The translations under genes and the position numbers were made by a program. A DNA stretch of 62,934 nt, counting the filler, from Sphaeroforma arctica JP610 (lineage: Eukaryota), in the NCBI RefSeq assembly GCF_001186125.1. It is 6 parts of 3 records of this genome, joined end to end, with 100 filler letters (N's around TTAATTAATTAA, not from the genome) between each part and the next. Parts side by side here need not be neighbours in the genome. Positions count along the whole stretch, not along the records: positions 10,448 to 31,382 come from NW_014040530.1; positions 31,483 to 42,426 come from NW_014040530.1; 4 more parts are not named here. The stretch is one strand, 5' to 3'. The first letter of the stretch is position 1. Every line of letters begins with the position of its first letter. Below are positions 12,019 through 36,007 of this stretch, in pieces. The notes under the pieces were generated by a model. It was not told where the DNA came from, ran no database searches, and saw nothing but the letters and a program-made list of their open reading frames with translations.

Positions 12019-14674
12019 CTACGCCAGGGTTGCGATGTCGTCATTTTGTCCTAACAATAATGAAGACTCTGTCAATTCGGGAGTCGCACCTGTGTGTTTG
12101 TTCTGGGATCCCCTCTCTAGATCGGCCGCGGTTGCAGGCGCTACATACAATGCAATGCCGCAAAGAATGCACCCGAACGATGCGATGTATACCGCGGAGA
12201 ACTGGGTGGTAGATGGCCAGTGAAAAAAAACATTAGACGCTTTATAGATCTTTGGCAAAAGTTAGCAGTATGGACAATCGTTGGCGAGCGAACGACCGCG
12301 AGTAATTAGCCTTGTGTTCCAGTTCGCGGCGTAAGCAAAAGTATATAGTGTCGCAGATTCGATATGTATTCGCACTCTTGCGAGAGAAAATAAACTGTCC
12401 AATCATACTACAACAGAACCAGAAAGTAGACATAACAAAATCCTTACCATCATATTGAAGATCAGTGCCCCGAAGCACAGACTGAATATATCTGCAGAAA
12501 GCAGCGTCATATTTAGGAACGTCGCGTTGGCCATGTGTACGAACACGGGGATCAGCGAGTACACCACGAACATGCACGCCGTAAACCCAGCCACCTGGAG
12601 ACAGTCATATGCAGTGATGACCTCGTTTTGGACTATCGTACTCTCTAGAACCACTGCCTGTAGGCCTGATATGATCGCGCCTCCCACACCCAGCAGAGCT
12701 AGGTACTGGATACTCGATTCTGATCTTACGAAGTGTTCTTGGCACACATTGGTGACCGAGTAGAGTGACGCACCCACAATGCACAGCAGACCGCCGTACA
12801 AGGGATTCGATGATGGGGTGGTATTCCCTTGATCAACCAGTAGAAGTAGGAAGATTCCAGAACAACTCAAGCAAGCACCGAGAAGATGATGCCTCTCGAA
12901 TTGAGATCCAAGGAATACGTACGATAGCACTGCAACACATGGCACTGTAAAACAATCCAGAATCTGTAGCGAGTAGAGATTTCATTTTGAATTGGACATT
13001 CACAGTTGACAAAGTTGAGCCCCGGTTAGAAGCATTATCGTGCTCATGTATTTTCATGTAGCATATAAAAAGTTATGTTGCGAGCAATCACTCAACGCCC
13101 TATCAAGAAATTGAGCAGAAAGACTCGAGGAGGCATATAGTCGTAGACAATCCTAATGCAAATCATAGATAATATTATGTGTATGCGGAGTGCTTTCGAT
13201 TGTGTTGTTCTAACGAGGGTATCGTACGAATAGACAACACCATCGATAACATATGTATACACAATACCGAGCTTTCCATTGACATACCTGTACGCTGGTC
13301 ATTGACGTGTACTTGTAGGCACTCACGATCAAGTAATTAGCCTGCACATCTAGAAATGAAATCGCGAATATCACTAGGCCTAGCTCCTTGATTGTGGAAA
13401 GCAAGATACCCTTGTACGCTAAGACCGGTACATATACGAATGCGAGGCACACATATGTGAAGAAGGTCTGCGTCAAGGGGAAGGGCTCTCGAACAGACTC
13501 GGTTAAGGCCTAAAGGGTGAGAAATAAAAGTTGTAACGTGGTAGAAATATTTTTTTAGAAACAGCACAAGCACTAGAAGTGTTCGTGCGTATTATGATCC
13601 AACCGGGAATGCGATGCGACTGCCGAGTACTGTCATTATTGTTGTGTTTACAATTTGAGGTTTCCATTGGTGTTCCAGAAGTATACTACAAGCACGCATA
13701 ATTGAGAAGCGAATGGACTGCGGCATGAACCCTTTGATCATACAACAACTACCATAGTCACTTGCGTTTAACGGCGCTGTTCATTCTTTTGCAAAATGCA
13801 CTTCACATTCTATCACAGGTGTACACAATCAAGCCGTACATATATTCAGGAATAGCCATGGCATGTAGATTTGTATCAATCATTCCTTTTCAAGGAGATC
13901 ACAAAAGAATCGCTATAGAAGATGATATGGAACCACTTACATATGCAACACCGTCACAAATTAGGCGGTGGGTTTATAGTACAAAGCATAATGTGAATAT
14001 ATCAACGAAGCTGAAAATACAGGAACACAGGCCGCACGTTCTCAACAACTTGCGTAATCTGCGGCAATAAAAATGCTGACGATCTCGTGGAGACTCAAAA
14101 TTTTAGCGAACATTCAAGCTCGATTCCAAGGTACAAATTTTAAAGCAACGAGGGCTCTGTATGTGACGCGTTCGACTAACGAGACAAATAGCTTCAGCGT
14201 GACGAGATTGCTCCACACGATCTTGCGGGGTTATAATCATAGATAAGCATATGTCAATTGCTCCTGATTTTAAGTAAGCCCGAGGTACAAGGACGGTGGA
14301 CCCCTTCAATACAAAAGCTTACCCACGACAGGTAGATGCACCGATATATTTGTACATGGACGACCAAGCGGGATTCTTGCGATGTGTATACACACATACG
14401 TCGCATAAGTTAAATTAGAAATCTGATAGAAAGCTATCACAAGCAATCAGGAGATAGTTTACATGATGTAAACTAAACAACTTCTCTCTCATCAGACGAC
14501 CCAAGCGATGTGCGATGATAACAAGGCCTGTCACGCTTAATCAATTTAGAATAAAGCTCTTCCTAGCTGGCATACCTGACTGAAGACACCCGTCCCTGCA
14601 ACACAAAGCGCGATGAAAAACCCTATCGAGAGTGTGTATGCATAACTGAAACGTGGAATTGGCGATCCTAACAT
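12019..14674 (-). CDS. SLC35F: SLC35F1/F2-like drug/metabolite transporter, 4 exons
   Basis: Exons 14674-14576 (MLGSP...CVAGTGVFSQ), 13509-13288 (...LDVQANYLIVSAYKYTSMTSVQ), 12963-12448 (ILDCFTVPCV...GASLYSVTNVCQEHFV...NATFLNMTLLSADIFS) and 12201-12019, all phase 0. The family motifs are intact. Confidence 0.9.
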
Positions 14675-15099
14675 ACTGTATTATCCTAATGATCTATTCA
14701 CTATCTGTCGATCAGTGGTGAGATCAGAAAGACCTCTAAAAAAATACTGATGTGAATGTAGAAGTTTATAGCTTTTTGATTATTTTAGACCATGTGATAC
14801 GATAGTACCGTGGAGCAAACTCTAGAACCCTAAAAATTTTAGTCTGACTCAACCCAGGTCATCAATAATTAATAAATATTGTGGAAGGGGTTGTAATTTG
14901 TAAATAGAAGCCTTTGCCTGAGCTGACGCCTGACATGTTGCTCTGTAAATATTTTTTCATATATTGTTTAGCCTAGCCACCATACACAACCTTATATAGT
15001 GCTGATTCCAATAAATTATACTATTTCCGAGTAGAGCGCACCAGTTATATTGACAGTGTGTTCAATATGGGTATGGGCATGTGTGATTCAATATGGCAA

Positions 15100-15695
15100 T
15101 AGTTACCTGTGAGTTGTGGGTCAAACGTGTCCGTACCACATGGAGGTGTAGCACTATTGCACACTGTTATTAGTAGATATTGTAAATATGTGACATGTAG
15201 GCTCATTCTCTGTGCAAATGATATTATTCGCATAGTCGGCCCCACCTATTGTATATAGTGTCACTACTGCATCAATTTAATATTGTATTTTATATTGATT
15301 TGAGTTGTTCTTCAGATAGTGTGTGAAGCAACGTGTGGGGCCTCATGGAGGTGTCTTACTATTGCACGCTGTTAGTAGTAGATATAGTACATGTGATATG
15401 TACTCATACTCCATGTATGCTTAATATTTTTCGCATAGTCCGTCCCATCTGCCGTATATCTAACCACTTTGGCGTCAGTATATCATTCTCTTGCATATCG
15501 ATGGGAGTTGTTCTTCAAATGATGAGTGTGTGTGACCACATGGAGGTGTATTAGTATTACAATACCCTGTGTATACTTAATATTCTCTCTGAAAGTCAGC
15601 CCCACATATTGTACATTGCATCACTACTGCGTCAATACATTAATGTGTTGCATATTGATGTGATTTTTTCTTCAGATGATGTGTCAAGCAACGTG
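15100..15695. repeat. Degenerate ~200-bp tandem repeat, about 3 copies, between the divergent SLC35F and AROM genes
   Basis: CATGGAGGTGT recurs at 15139, 15344 and 15539, with shared downstream blocks (CGCATAGTC, CACTACTGC, TTCTTCAGAT). Confidence 0.75.
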
Positions 15696-15815
15696 TTTGA
15701 TTGGAATTTCTGCATGATATCTTCATCGTAATCTGTCATAGCTAACTATGACTAAGAGTTTTCTAGAAGTATATCTTATTCCTACCCTGTCGCCATACAC
15801 ACAGCGAACGAAAAT

Positions 15816-27734
<11,919 letters not shown>

Positions 27735-28512
27735 ACACGGTGGACGATGTATGTCTACTGTAATGGCTTTTGACTTCGGCAATATCTATATATCATGCAT
27801 GCACGTACTCCGATTGGGCTGATGCTGACATTGGAATGAAGGAACTGGAATTCGTCCGTTGGTTTGGATACCAGAACGTGTGCTCTTCTGACCTGTATCT
27901 GTATGTCAGCTACCTGATGCGCGAAGGCTGCGGATTTGTCCAGAATTGGTCTCATGCGAATGAGGTTTACGATCAGAGAGCCAGCTGGTCATTAGAGCCG
28001 TCAATAAAAAGATTAAAACATTACAATTTTTTCGAGACACTACATGTCAAAACTATGAAATACTTTTCGGACATAGAGGGAACTTAGCGATCCGATCCTC
28101 AGACCAAGCAGACAAGAGTGAAAGCAGGAATTGTAGACACAACGTCGCCTACTGGTTCAACAGCAGAATGGGTTTAACTAGTCTCGTCGTACACCCCCTC
28201 GTACTCTACATCTAGTTCCAAAAAAAAATAGCTCAATATACTACCTGCATCGCCTGCGTCTGCTGTCAATACTGTGAGTGAAGATTTCGCCATTGTAGTC
28301 AAGAGGGACAGCTTGTAACTTGCTTTTAAGGCAGCTTGTAAATTATCTCGATCAGACAGAAAGACTCTCGAGCAACGGATTTGTGCCTACCGATCGTGTA
28401 GGCGTCAGCTATACAATTTTCCGGACCAATATACAAAGCGTATAAACCGCCATTTAAAACATAGTTGTTTATTCTAATTGCTGTTATGTGTCATTTTCGT
28501 AATTCTAGCGAA

Positions 28513-30398
28513 TTATATGGCTATCTTACTGACGCCTTCCGTGACAGGGAGGTCGTGCTCGATATTCTTAACTAACAAATACGCGTCTGACGGCGTCAGA
28601 TCTTTGTAGTATGACGCCACGGCGCTGCAGAAGAAACCAAACGGGACGACGGCAGAAGATGAGTAACGTGTTAATTCGTACCATCTTGCATGATACGATA
28701 TGCAATCCAATGTGTGCATGTAACCACACATAGATACACCCGGCAAAATTCTTAGAAGTGGAGGGGGCATTTGCTGAATCGATACGAGCAACGGCCGCAG
28801 GGTATGCAGTGACGCAATCAGCGAAACGAAATGTATAGACAAGTACTCGCCGCATGCGGAGCAATACAAACATGCGAGAATAAGCTACATGCGCCCGACA
28901 TACCCTGTGTTAATAAAATCGAATTTTTGGTAGAATGACATGGCAAGGTCATTGTTCGATTGCACGTGAAGGCGGACTTGGGTGATGGTGTCATCCTTTA
29001 CGCACTGCTTCAGTATGTGGTGCAGCAGTAGGCTTCCTGAAGAGAGCAGGGAAGCATTGAGCAGCTTAGAAGCGCACAGGCACACTATATAGCCGAAATT
29101 CGGGAACGCAACTACCGATACTACGTGTCGCGATGTCCACAGAACTGGACTTTCCGAATGAAATACTATGCATGTTAAATAGAACCACTCGTCGAGACGG
29201 AGAAGGTACTGCTTCATGTTATTGATGGGTGAAACAGAATCACGCGTATGCACGTCAGGTGAACACAGCCTTGTAAGATACCCAATTGTCTTCTCGGCGT
29301 TGTTCCACTGATGGCAGCTGTCAAAGTATTTGTTGGAACTCCGCTAACAGGAGTTTAGACTTATCGCTTAACCGCAAGCGTGCGGGTGTGTACGCCCTGA
29401 CAACTTGTACGTTTTGGCTAAGCCCTAAAAACCCTAAAACCCTAAACACTCAAACATACCGACACCAACCCTTCTGTAGCGATCGAGGCAGCCCAGAGTC
29501 ATGATATAACACGTCCTCTTGGTCGGGTCGTTCTTGTCCGTTTCGAACTTACAGCACACCGTGCCCACCAGAACGTCAGCGTAATACGCTGCAATAGACG
29601 AGCCAACCCAACGCAGCCCAGCCCAGGACACGACAAGGAGAATGTGCAGAAAGTGACAGTGACAGTGAGTGAGGGCATGAGAGCTAATACTGTGTATCAT
29701 AGTTGTAACGTACCAGGTTCATCCGACAAGTGGCGTAGTATGCCGTATGGGCCGGAGACCGAATTTTAAATCTGCGCATGAACTACTAGAGCAAGACAGT
29801 GTTGGATCCCAGAGATATATATATTTAACCAAGAGATTGCGACGTGTAATTTGTGAAAGACTTGCAAGGCAGCTCAAATATCATGCGCCCCAATGACGAT
29901 TCGTTCTTGTGATACTTCTTTTAGTCGGGGCAGCTGCACATACACTCACCTAGCTTGGCGAACTCGCCAACTTTCTGGATATCTTCATAGAAGGCATCGT
30001 TGTATGCTACGGTAAACACGGCCTTGTTGAGGTACTTAATAAGCTGCATACGATTGAAATGAGGTGGAGACGTGCACTTAACTTAGGCCTTAAAAGCGAT
30101 AAAAGCGTACACACTATGAGGCGGTAAGCGGCTATGGACTAAACCACATTCGCAAAGGACGAACTACAGTCATGGCCATCTTGATGGCCTACTTTGGATT
30201 TTTACTTCTATACTTCTTATCTAGAGGGTCATCTACAGTGTTAATCTTCGGTATGCTACATATCTAGATTATATACATCGAGTCAGCCTGACCAAAATAT
30301 CCAGATGGGCGAGCGAAAGTCATACATACCTTGACATTGTGTTTAGTGACCACACCGAGCTCAGGGATGTGCGTGCTTGCTGTGGCTGTTTTCTCTGG
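28513..30398 (-). CDS. NAA50: N-alpha-acetyltransferase 50 (NatE catalytic subunit, Nat5/San); start exon not located
   Basis: Exons 30398-30330 (ELGVVTKHNVK), 30043-29950 (LIKYLNKAVFTVAYNDAFYED...), 29588-29460 (VGTVCC...YIMTLGCLDRYRRVGV), 29036-28904 (GSLLL...LHVQSNNDLAMSFYQKFDF) and 28624-28513 (YYKDLTPSDAYLL). Confidence 0.9.
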
Positions 30399-31228
30399 CT
30401 GTAAAGTTTAGAGAAGAGATATATGGGTATTTACCCCGATCAGTACAAGTAGACTGATTCTACCCGCAACTACTATAAGTGGCTGTTTCCTTTGGCTGTA
30501 AGATTTAGCGGAGAAACATTTGGGTACGGACCTGATCAATACAAGTAATCTGAATCTATCTGCAACTAATATAACCCCCAGCGAACTCAAAGCGACTTCG
30601 GTCCCGCACCGAGAATGAACTGCAGCCGATAAATAAATACGAATCTTCTGACAGACGTAAAATGATGTACTTCGACTTGAACGCTTGCATTGTTACACAT
30701 GCAAATCACACTGCTTGGATCTTGGATATGCCCGCTCAATGTGTGCTTAGAATGACGCGAATCTGCTATCTACGTTCGGGAAAAACAACGAACAAGTGCA
30801 CCAGGAGAATTCTGACACTATCAATGGTGGAGACTTAGTGTTGAAGTACAACCAACCAGATTTATTGGCACTAGAAGGGTCACACACAAAATTCTTTTGA
30901 CATGCGCAAGACGACAAACCTTGAGGTAGAACGTACAACATCCGTAAAACATGCGACTCGTGTGCACCAATAGGCAAAGCCTGACATTGTTTACAATACA
31001 CCACGGGGGGGACACTACGTACGTCTGCGCAATCATATAGGAAAGGGTCTATGCCATACACGTGTAGAAACTATATATATGAATACACGTATACAAATAG
31101 CTATATACACACACAACAACTATATAGATATTAATACACTACTTGAATCCATATATTGATTATATAGTACAAGACATAATATATCTATATGAATTAATAT
31201 ATATATAATATATATATACATTTATATA

Positions 31229-31279
<51 letters not shown>

Positions 31280-31305
31280 TATAGATATATTTGTGTATCT
31301 GTGTG

Positions 31306-31341
<36 letters not shown>

Positions 31342-31360
31342 TATAGATATATTTGTGTAT

Positions 31361-31382
31361 GTGGGATCCTCTAGAGTCGACC
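31361..31382 (+). other. Untrimmed cloning-vector sequence (pCC1FOS/pUC-type polylinker) at a contig end
   Basis: GTGGGATCCTCTAGAGTCGACC is the half Eco72I site followed by BamHI-XbaI-SalI, directly before an N gap. Confidence 0.9.
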
Positions 31383-31482
31383 NNNNNNNNNNNNNNNNNN
31401 NNNNNNNNNNNNNNNNNNNNNNNNNNTTAATTAATTAANNNNNNNNNNNNNNNNNNNNNNNNNNNNNNNNNNNNNNNNNNNN

Positions 31483-31614
31483 GTGTGTGTGCAGTGTTAA
31501 TGAGATCACTGTGGAAGGTGTGTGTGTGTAGTGTTACTGTAGGGAGACCACTGTGGAAGGTGTGTGTGTGTAGGGTTACTGTAAGAAGATCACTGTGGAA
31601 GTGTGTGTGTGTGT
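31483..31614. repeat. ~42-bp tandem repeat, 3 copies, containing (GT)n
   Basis: GAGATCACTGTGGAAGGTGTGTGTGTGTAG... is repeated. Confidence 0.8.
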
Positions 31615-32641
31615 TTGTAAATTTTTATGTGTATATATAGTTTCGTGTTTGTGTACGAATTCAGAGTCGACAAGCACGAATACAATGTAAGTTAGTCCGC
31701 GGGTGAATAGTTATAGACATGGCTATCGCCAAATATTGCTTAGTAAAACATAGACCTACCATAATGCTATCTGTGTATCCGTGGAATGATCTCGTGAAGT
31801 GTAATTTGATTGTTGGTATAGAAATGCTATCGCTTGCGATTCTGTTTTGCGTCACAAGTGGGTGAACACGGATAATAAAAACAGCTAAAGTTGAGAAACA
31901 GCTAAAGTTGAAAGCAGTGTAATCTCACGGCTGATCTGCGATATTTACTGCATTTGCTTCAGACGTCAGACTTCAGACTCAAGAGTTCAGACTTATCAGA
32001 TTCAGAGTGCGGATGGGTCGCGTGGAACTTTATTTCCAGAAAAAGGTGGTTTATTTTTTATGTTTTTTTACAAACAATTGTACAATTTAGGCTATGAAAT
32101 AACCCCGACTTTATTTGCGCGCCAAAATCATAGCCTTCCAAATTATGCACAAAATCATAGCCTCCTAAATTGAACAACAAAATGTATATATTTAAATAAA
32201 AAAGTATACATGTAAATATGTACTCACAGTCGGCCACTCGGCCCAGGGGCCTGGGCCCTGGGGCCCTGGGCTCAGCGCCTCAGCCTCACGAGGGGCCATT
32301 TTTATTTATTGTCGAATATTTTACATCATAGCCATAGCCTTCAGCCATAGCCTACTACAATAAATGCCGCAGAAGGCTATTTATGTGTTGTATTTGTTTA
32401 TCTTTTGATTAGGAGCACAGGCCATAGGGCATAGGGCATAGGGCCACAAATCCACAGTAGGGCATAGGCTGCACATTTTTAAGAATTTGACTCGCATTCC
32501 CATAGGGGCGAATGGGCGGATAAAAGAGACGTCCATGAATTATGACGCAGTAGTCACAGCTATTGGAACCTTTAAGAAGCACTAGAGACACGCTGTGCAC
32601 TACGTTTAAAGTGAACGGGCACCACACACAACTGCGCGACG

Positions 32642-34900
32642 ATGAATGTACAGGCCACCGAGACGCCGAGTCTACCGAGTAAGTCAATTTCAGGCGTATA
32701 TTTGGTTGGGTTTTTACAATTATCAGCAACTTCGTTGAAAATCGTTTAGTGTTTACGTCAGCCTACCATTAGAATCGTGAGGAGATTCTGGCACAGAAAG
32801 TTGTCAAAAACTGACAGTTTGTATGTATACAAATTTACGCATACAGTTGAATCCTTTACGCATAAGAGACCCCTTTGTAACTTATATATGATACATCCAT
32901 ACGTACACATTTATATTTCTATATATTTATGTTTATATATATNNNNNNNNNNNNNNNNNNNNNNNNNNNNNNNNNNNNNNNNNNNNNNNNNNNNNNNNNN
33001 NNNNNNNNNNNNNNNNNNNNNNNNNNNNNNNNNNNNNNNNNNNNNNNNNNNNNNNNNNNNNNNNNNNNNNNNNNNNNNNNNNNNNNNNNNNNNNNNNNNN
33101 NNNNNNNNNNNNNNNNNNNNNNNNNNNNNNNNNNNNNNNNNNNNNNNNNNNNNNNNNNNNNNNNNNNNNNNNNNNNNNNNNNNNNNNNNNNNNNNNNNNN
33201 NNNNNNNNNNNNNNNNNNNNNNNNNNNNNNNNNNNNNNNNNNNNNNNNNNNNNNNNNNNNNNNNNNNNNNNNNNNNNNNNNNNNNNNNNNNNNNNNNNNN
33301 NNNNNNNNNNNNNNNNNNNNNNNNNNNNNNNNNNNNNNNNNNNNNNNNNNNNNNNNNNNNNNNNNNNNNNNNNNNNNNNNNNNNNNNNNNNNNNNNNNNN
33401 NNNNNNNNNNNNNNNNNNNNNNNNNNNNNNNNNNNNNNNNNNNNNNNNNNNNNNNNNNNNNNNNNNNNNNNNNNNNNNNNNNNNNNNNNNNNNNNNNNNN
33501 NNNNNNNNNNNNNNNNNNNNNNNTTGTAAATGTATATATGGGTGTGTGGGGATATATATATATTTATTTATATATTTATATTTATATTTATATATGTATA
33601 TATATGTGTGTGTGTGTGTGTTTGTATGTGTGTATACATAAATATATTCTCTGTATATCAGTACTTTCAGTTAATGGTCATACAAAGGCATGTTTGCTTA
33701 ATGCATCTATCTGAATTTGAGAATATGTAAACATGACCTGTGTTTTATTATCGAGACCCACAATCGCTTCAGCCAGGAATATAAACCTCCCTGGACAAAC
33801 ACACACACAAAACGTGTACGTGTTTATTCAGTGTTTCTCTTTGCCATCAGATGGGATGACGTCTTTGTTTCTTTGAGGTGTTGCCAATCAAGCTCATACA
33901 TATGTACTTTGATAAAGAAAATTCGGTGATTCATTTTCATTTCTTCCTTTTGCATTTGGGCAGCGTCTCGAATCAAAAAGATCATGAAGAAAGATAACAC
34001 TATCGGCCTTCTGAGTGCAGAAGCAATCTTTGTAACAGCCAAGGCTACGGTACTGTTTCCATATCAATTGTCTCGTCCATATTCGCGCTATACATCTTCG
34101 CACACGCACTGTTCTAACACTCGATCAACCGATTATATGGCATTGTTTTAGTGAAAGATTTCTGTTTTCACAATGAACATGTTGCCGCGATTCCATCGGT
34201 GCGGTTGTCTGTTTCAGGTGTCCGCGTTCTCATGTGTGTTCATTTTGTCCAAGAGCTTCACCTCCATTCCTGGATTCGATTTGGTCTTGTACACCCTCGC
34301 TTTAGCTTAGTGTTGTGAGTGTTCCCAACTGACGAGTGGCTGACGGCTTTTCTATATGCCATGCAATCAAACCCACACCGTAGGAACTATTTCTGGCTCA
34401 CCTGGCCGAGAAAGGATATGATATTGCTCAAGGCGGCAAGCGGAAGACGATTAAGAATTCGGATCTGCGTAAGTATATGGCCATGCCCTGCACCGTACCA
34501 ATTTCTGTGCAATCGTTCTGTGAGAGGGGGTGGATGCCGCTTGCGAGATGGCAGTTTTCTAGCTAAGTGTTTTGAATAACTATGTCAGCCTCCCAGATCA
34601 TAGCTGAGTTGCACGCATTGTGATCGGACATTCGCCTCGATTGGGTTTGTTTGTGTTTGTTTGCTTATCTAGTGCAGAGATGGCAGATTGATAGTGTAAG
34701 AGGTGGTTGTTGTCACAACGCATTGCCATAGCCACGCACCCTGCATATTTTTTTTGCCAATCTCCACTGACTATCTATATGTTTGTAGTTCGCATCTATC
34801 TAAATAACACAATCGCGCCTGCACCTTCACAGTGAAAATAATTCAACAAAATGACAACTTTCAGTTTCTGGACGAGAAGGACCTCGGCATCACCTCATAA
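32642..34900 (+). CDS. Small H2A-like histone-fold protein (POLE4/CHRAC1/Dpb3 family), 4 exons
   Basis: Exons 32642-32678, 33964-34049, 34384-34468 and 34833-34900 give MNVQATETPSLPTSRIKKIMKKDNTIGLLSAEAIFVTAKATELFLAHLAEKGYDIAQGGKRKTIKNSDLLKIIQQNDNFQFLDEKDLGITS*. The ORF track misses it. Confidence 0.88.
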
Positions 34901-36007
34901 ATGTACGCAATAAAACTTAGTCAATATATAGTCTTTCGTGAGAAAACACTGTCGGGTACATTTACTACAGGTTTTGGTATCGTTTACTTGTGTTAAGACG
35001 CCCAGTGGTACAAACGTGGTTGCCCAAATACAGTCTTATGCCTTGTGATGAGAAAATCCATAAATGTACTACTTCTGAAAGTTGCTGAGCGTTTTATTGG
35101 TTTGAAAATAATTGTTTCATCGAGTAGTGCCTAATTGCGCCTGCATATGCTACACGCTGGATCTATACCAGCGCAGATAAGAGACGAGATAAAAATATCT
35201 CAAGCACATCAAAAATATTGAGAGTCCCAATAAGCAAAACTCTCAGCACAGCGCTGTTTCTTAAATTGCCCTAGTGCACAGTAGCCTGGTCCGAAGCAAG
35301 GTATTTCTAGTTACAACAACGAAGACTCTTATGTTAGGTGCTTCACGCAATCGGTGCTCATTAAAGACTGCATGTGATAGAGGCCGCCTTGCCGCCGTGT
35401 TGTTTCCATAGGTTTGATATTGTCGACTGCGGTGGTATTGACTCCCAATATATAGATACATCAACAACTATATATATATATATATATATACATTGGAACG
35501 GTACTTTACATTAGTCTGTGCTCGTACACCTTATTGGTATTCGATTGCCACGACCTCTCTCTAACATACACCGTTGCCACATATAACAACTCATTTTGTT
35601 GTTAAATGCGCTGCAATTCGTTCTGTAGTACCAAATTCGCCTTCGTCCGCGTCTGAAATTCAAGGATTCAGCTTCGTCTGAAAAACAGATCTGAAATGTT
35701 CACAGCCATCAATTGAACGAATATTCGACGACAATATCCTCCGCATCGGGTCTGTAGTTGAAACATGTCGCTATGTGTGCTCCAGTTCATAAGAAATGAT
35801 ATAGTACTATCCTTCGACCGATGGCATATACGTATGGTGTCTCTTTCACATCTCGCTTACCGGTACAAACTATGCCTTCTTTTATCCATGAGATTGCATA
35901 AGACTAATGCTTATACCAAGGCGAATGAAGTCCTACAACGACACATTTCTAAATGTGATATCTCTTTATTCGCGAATATTAGGGTTTTAGTTATATCGCC
36001 ATTCTCA

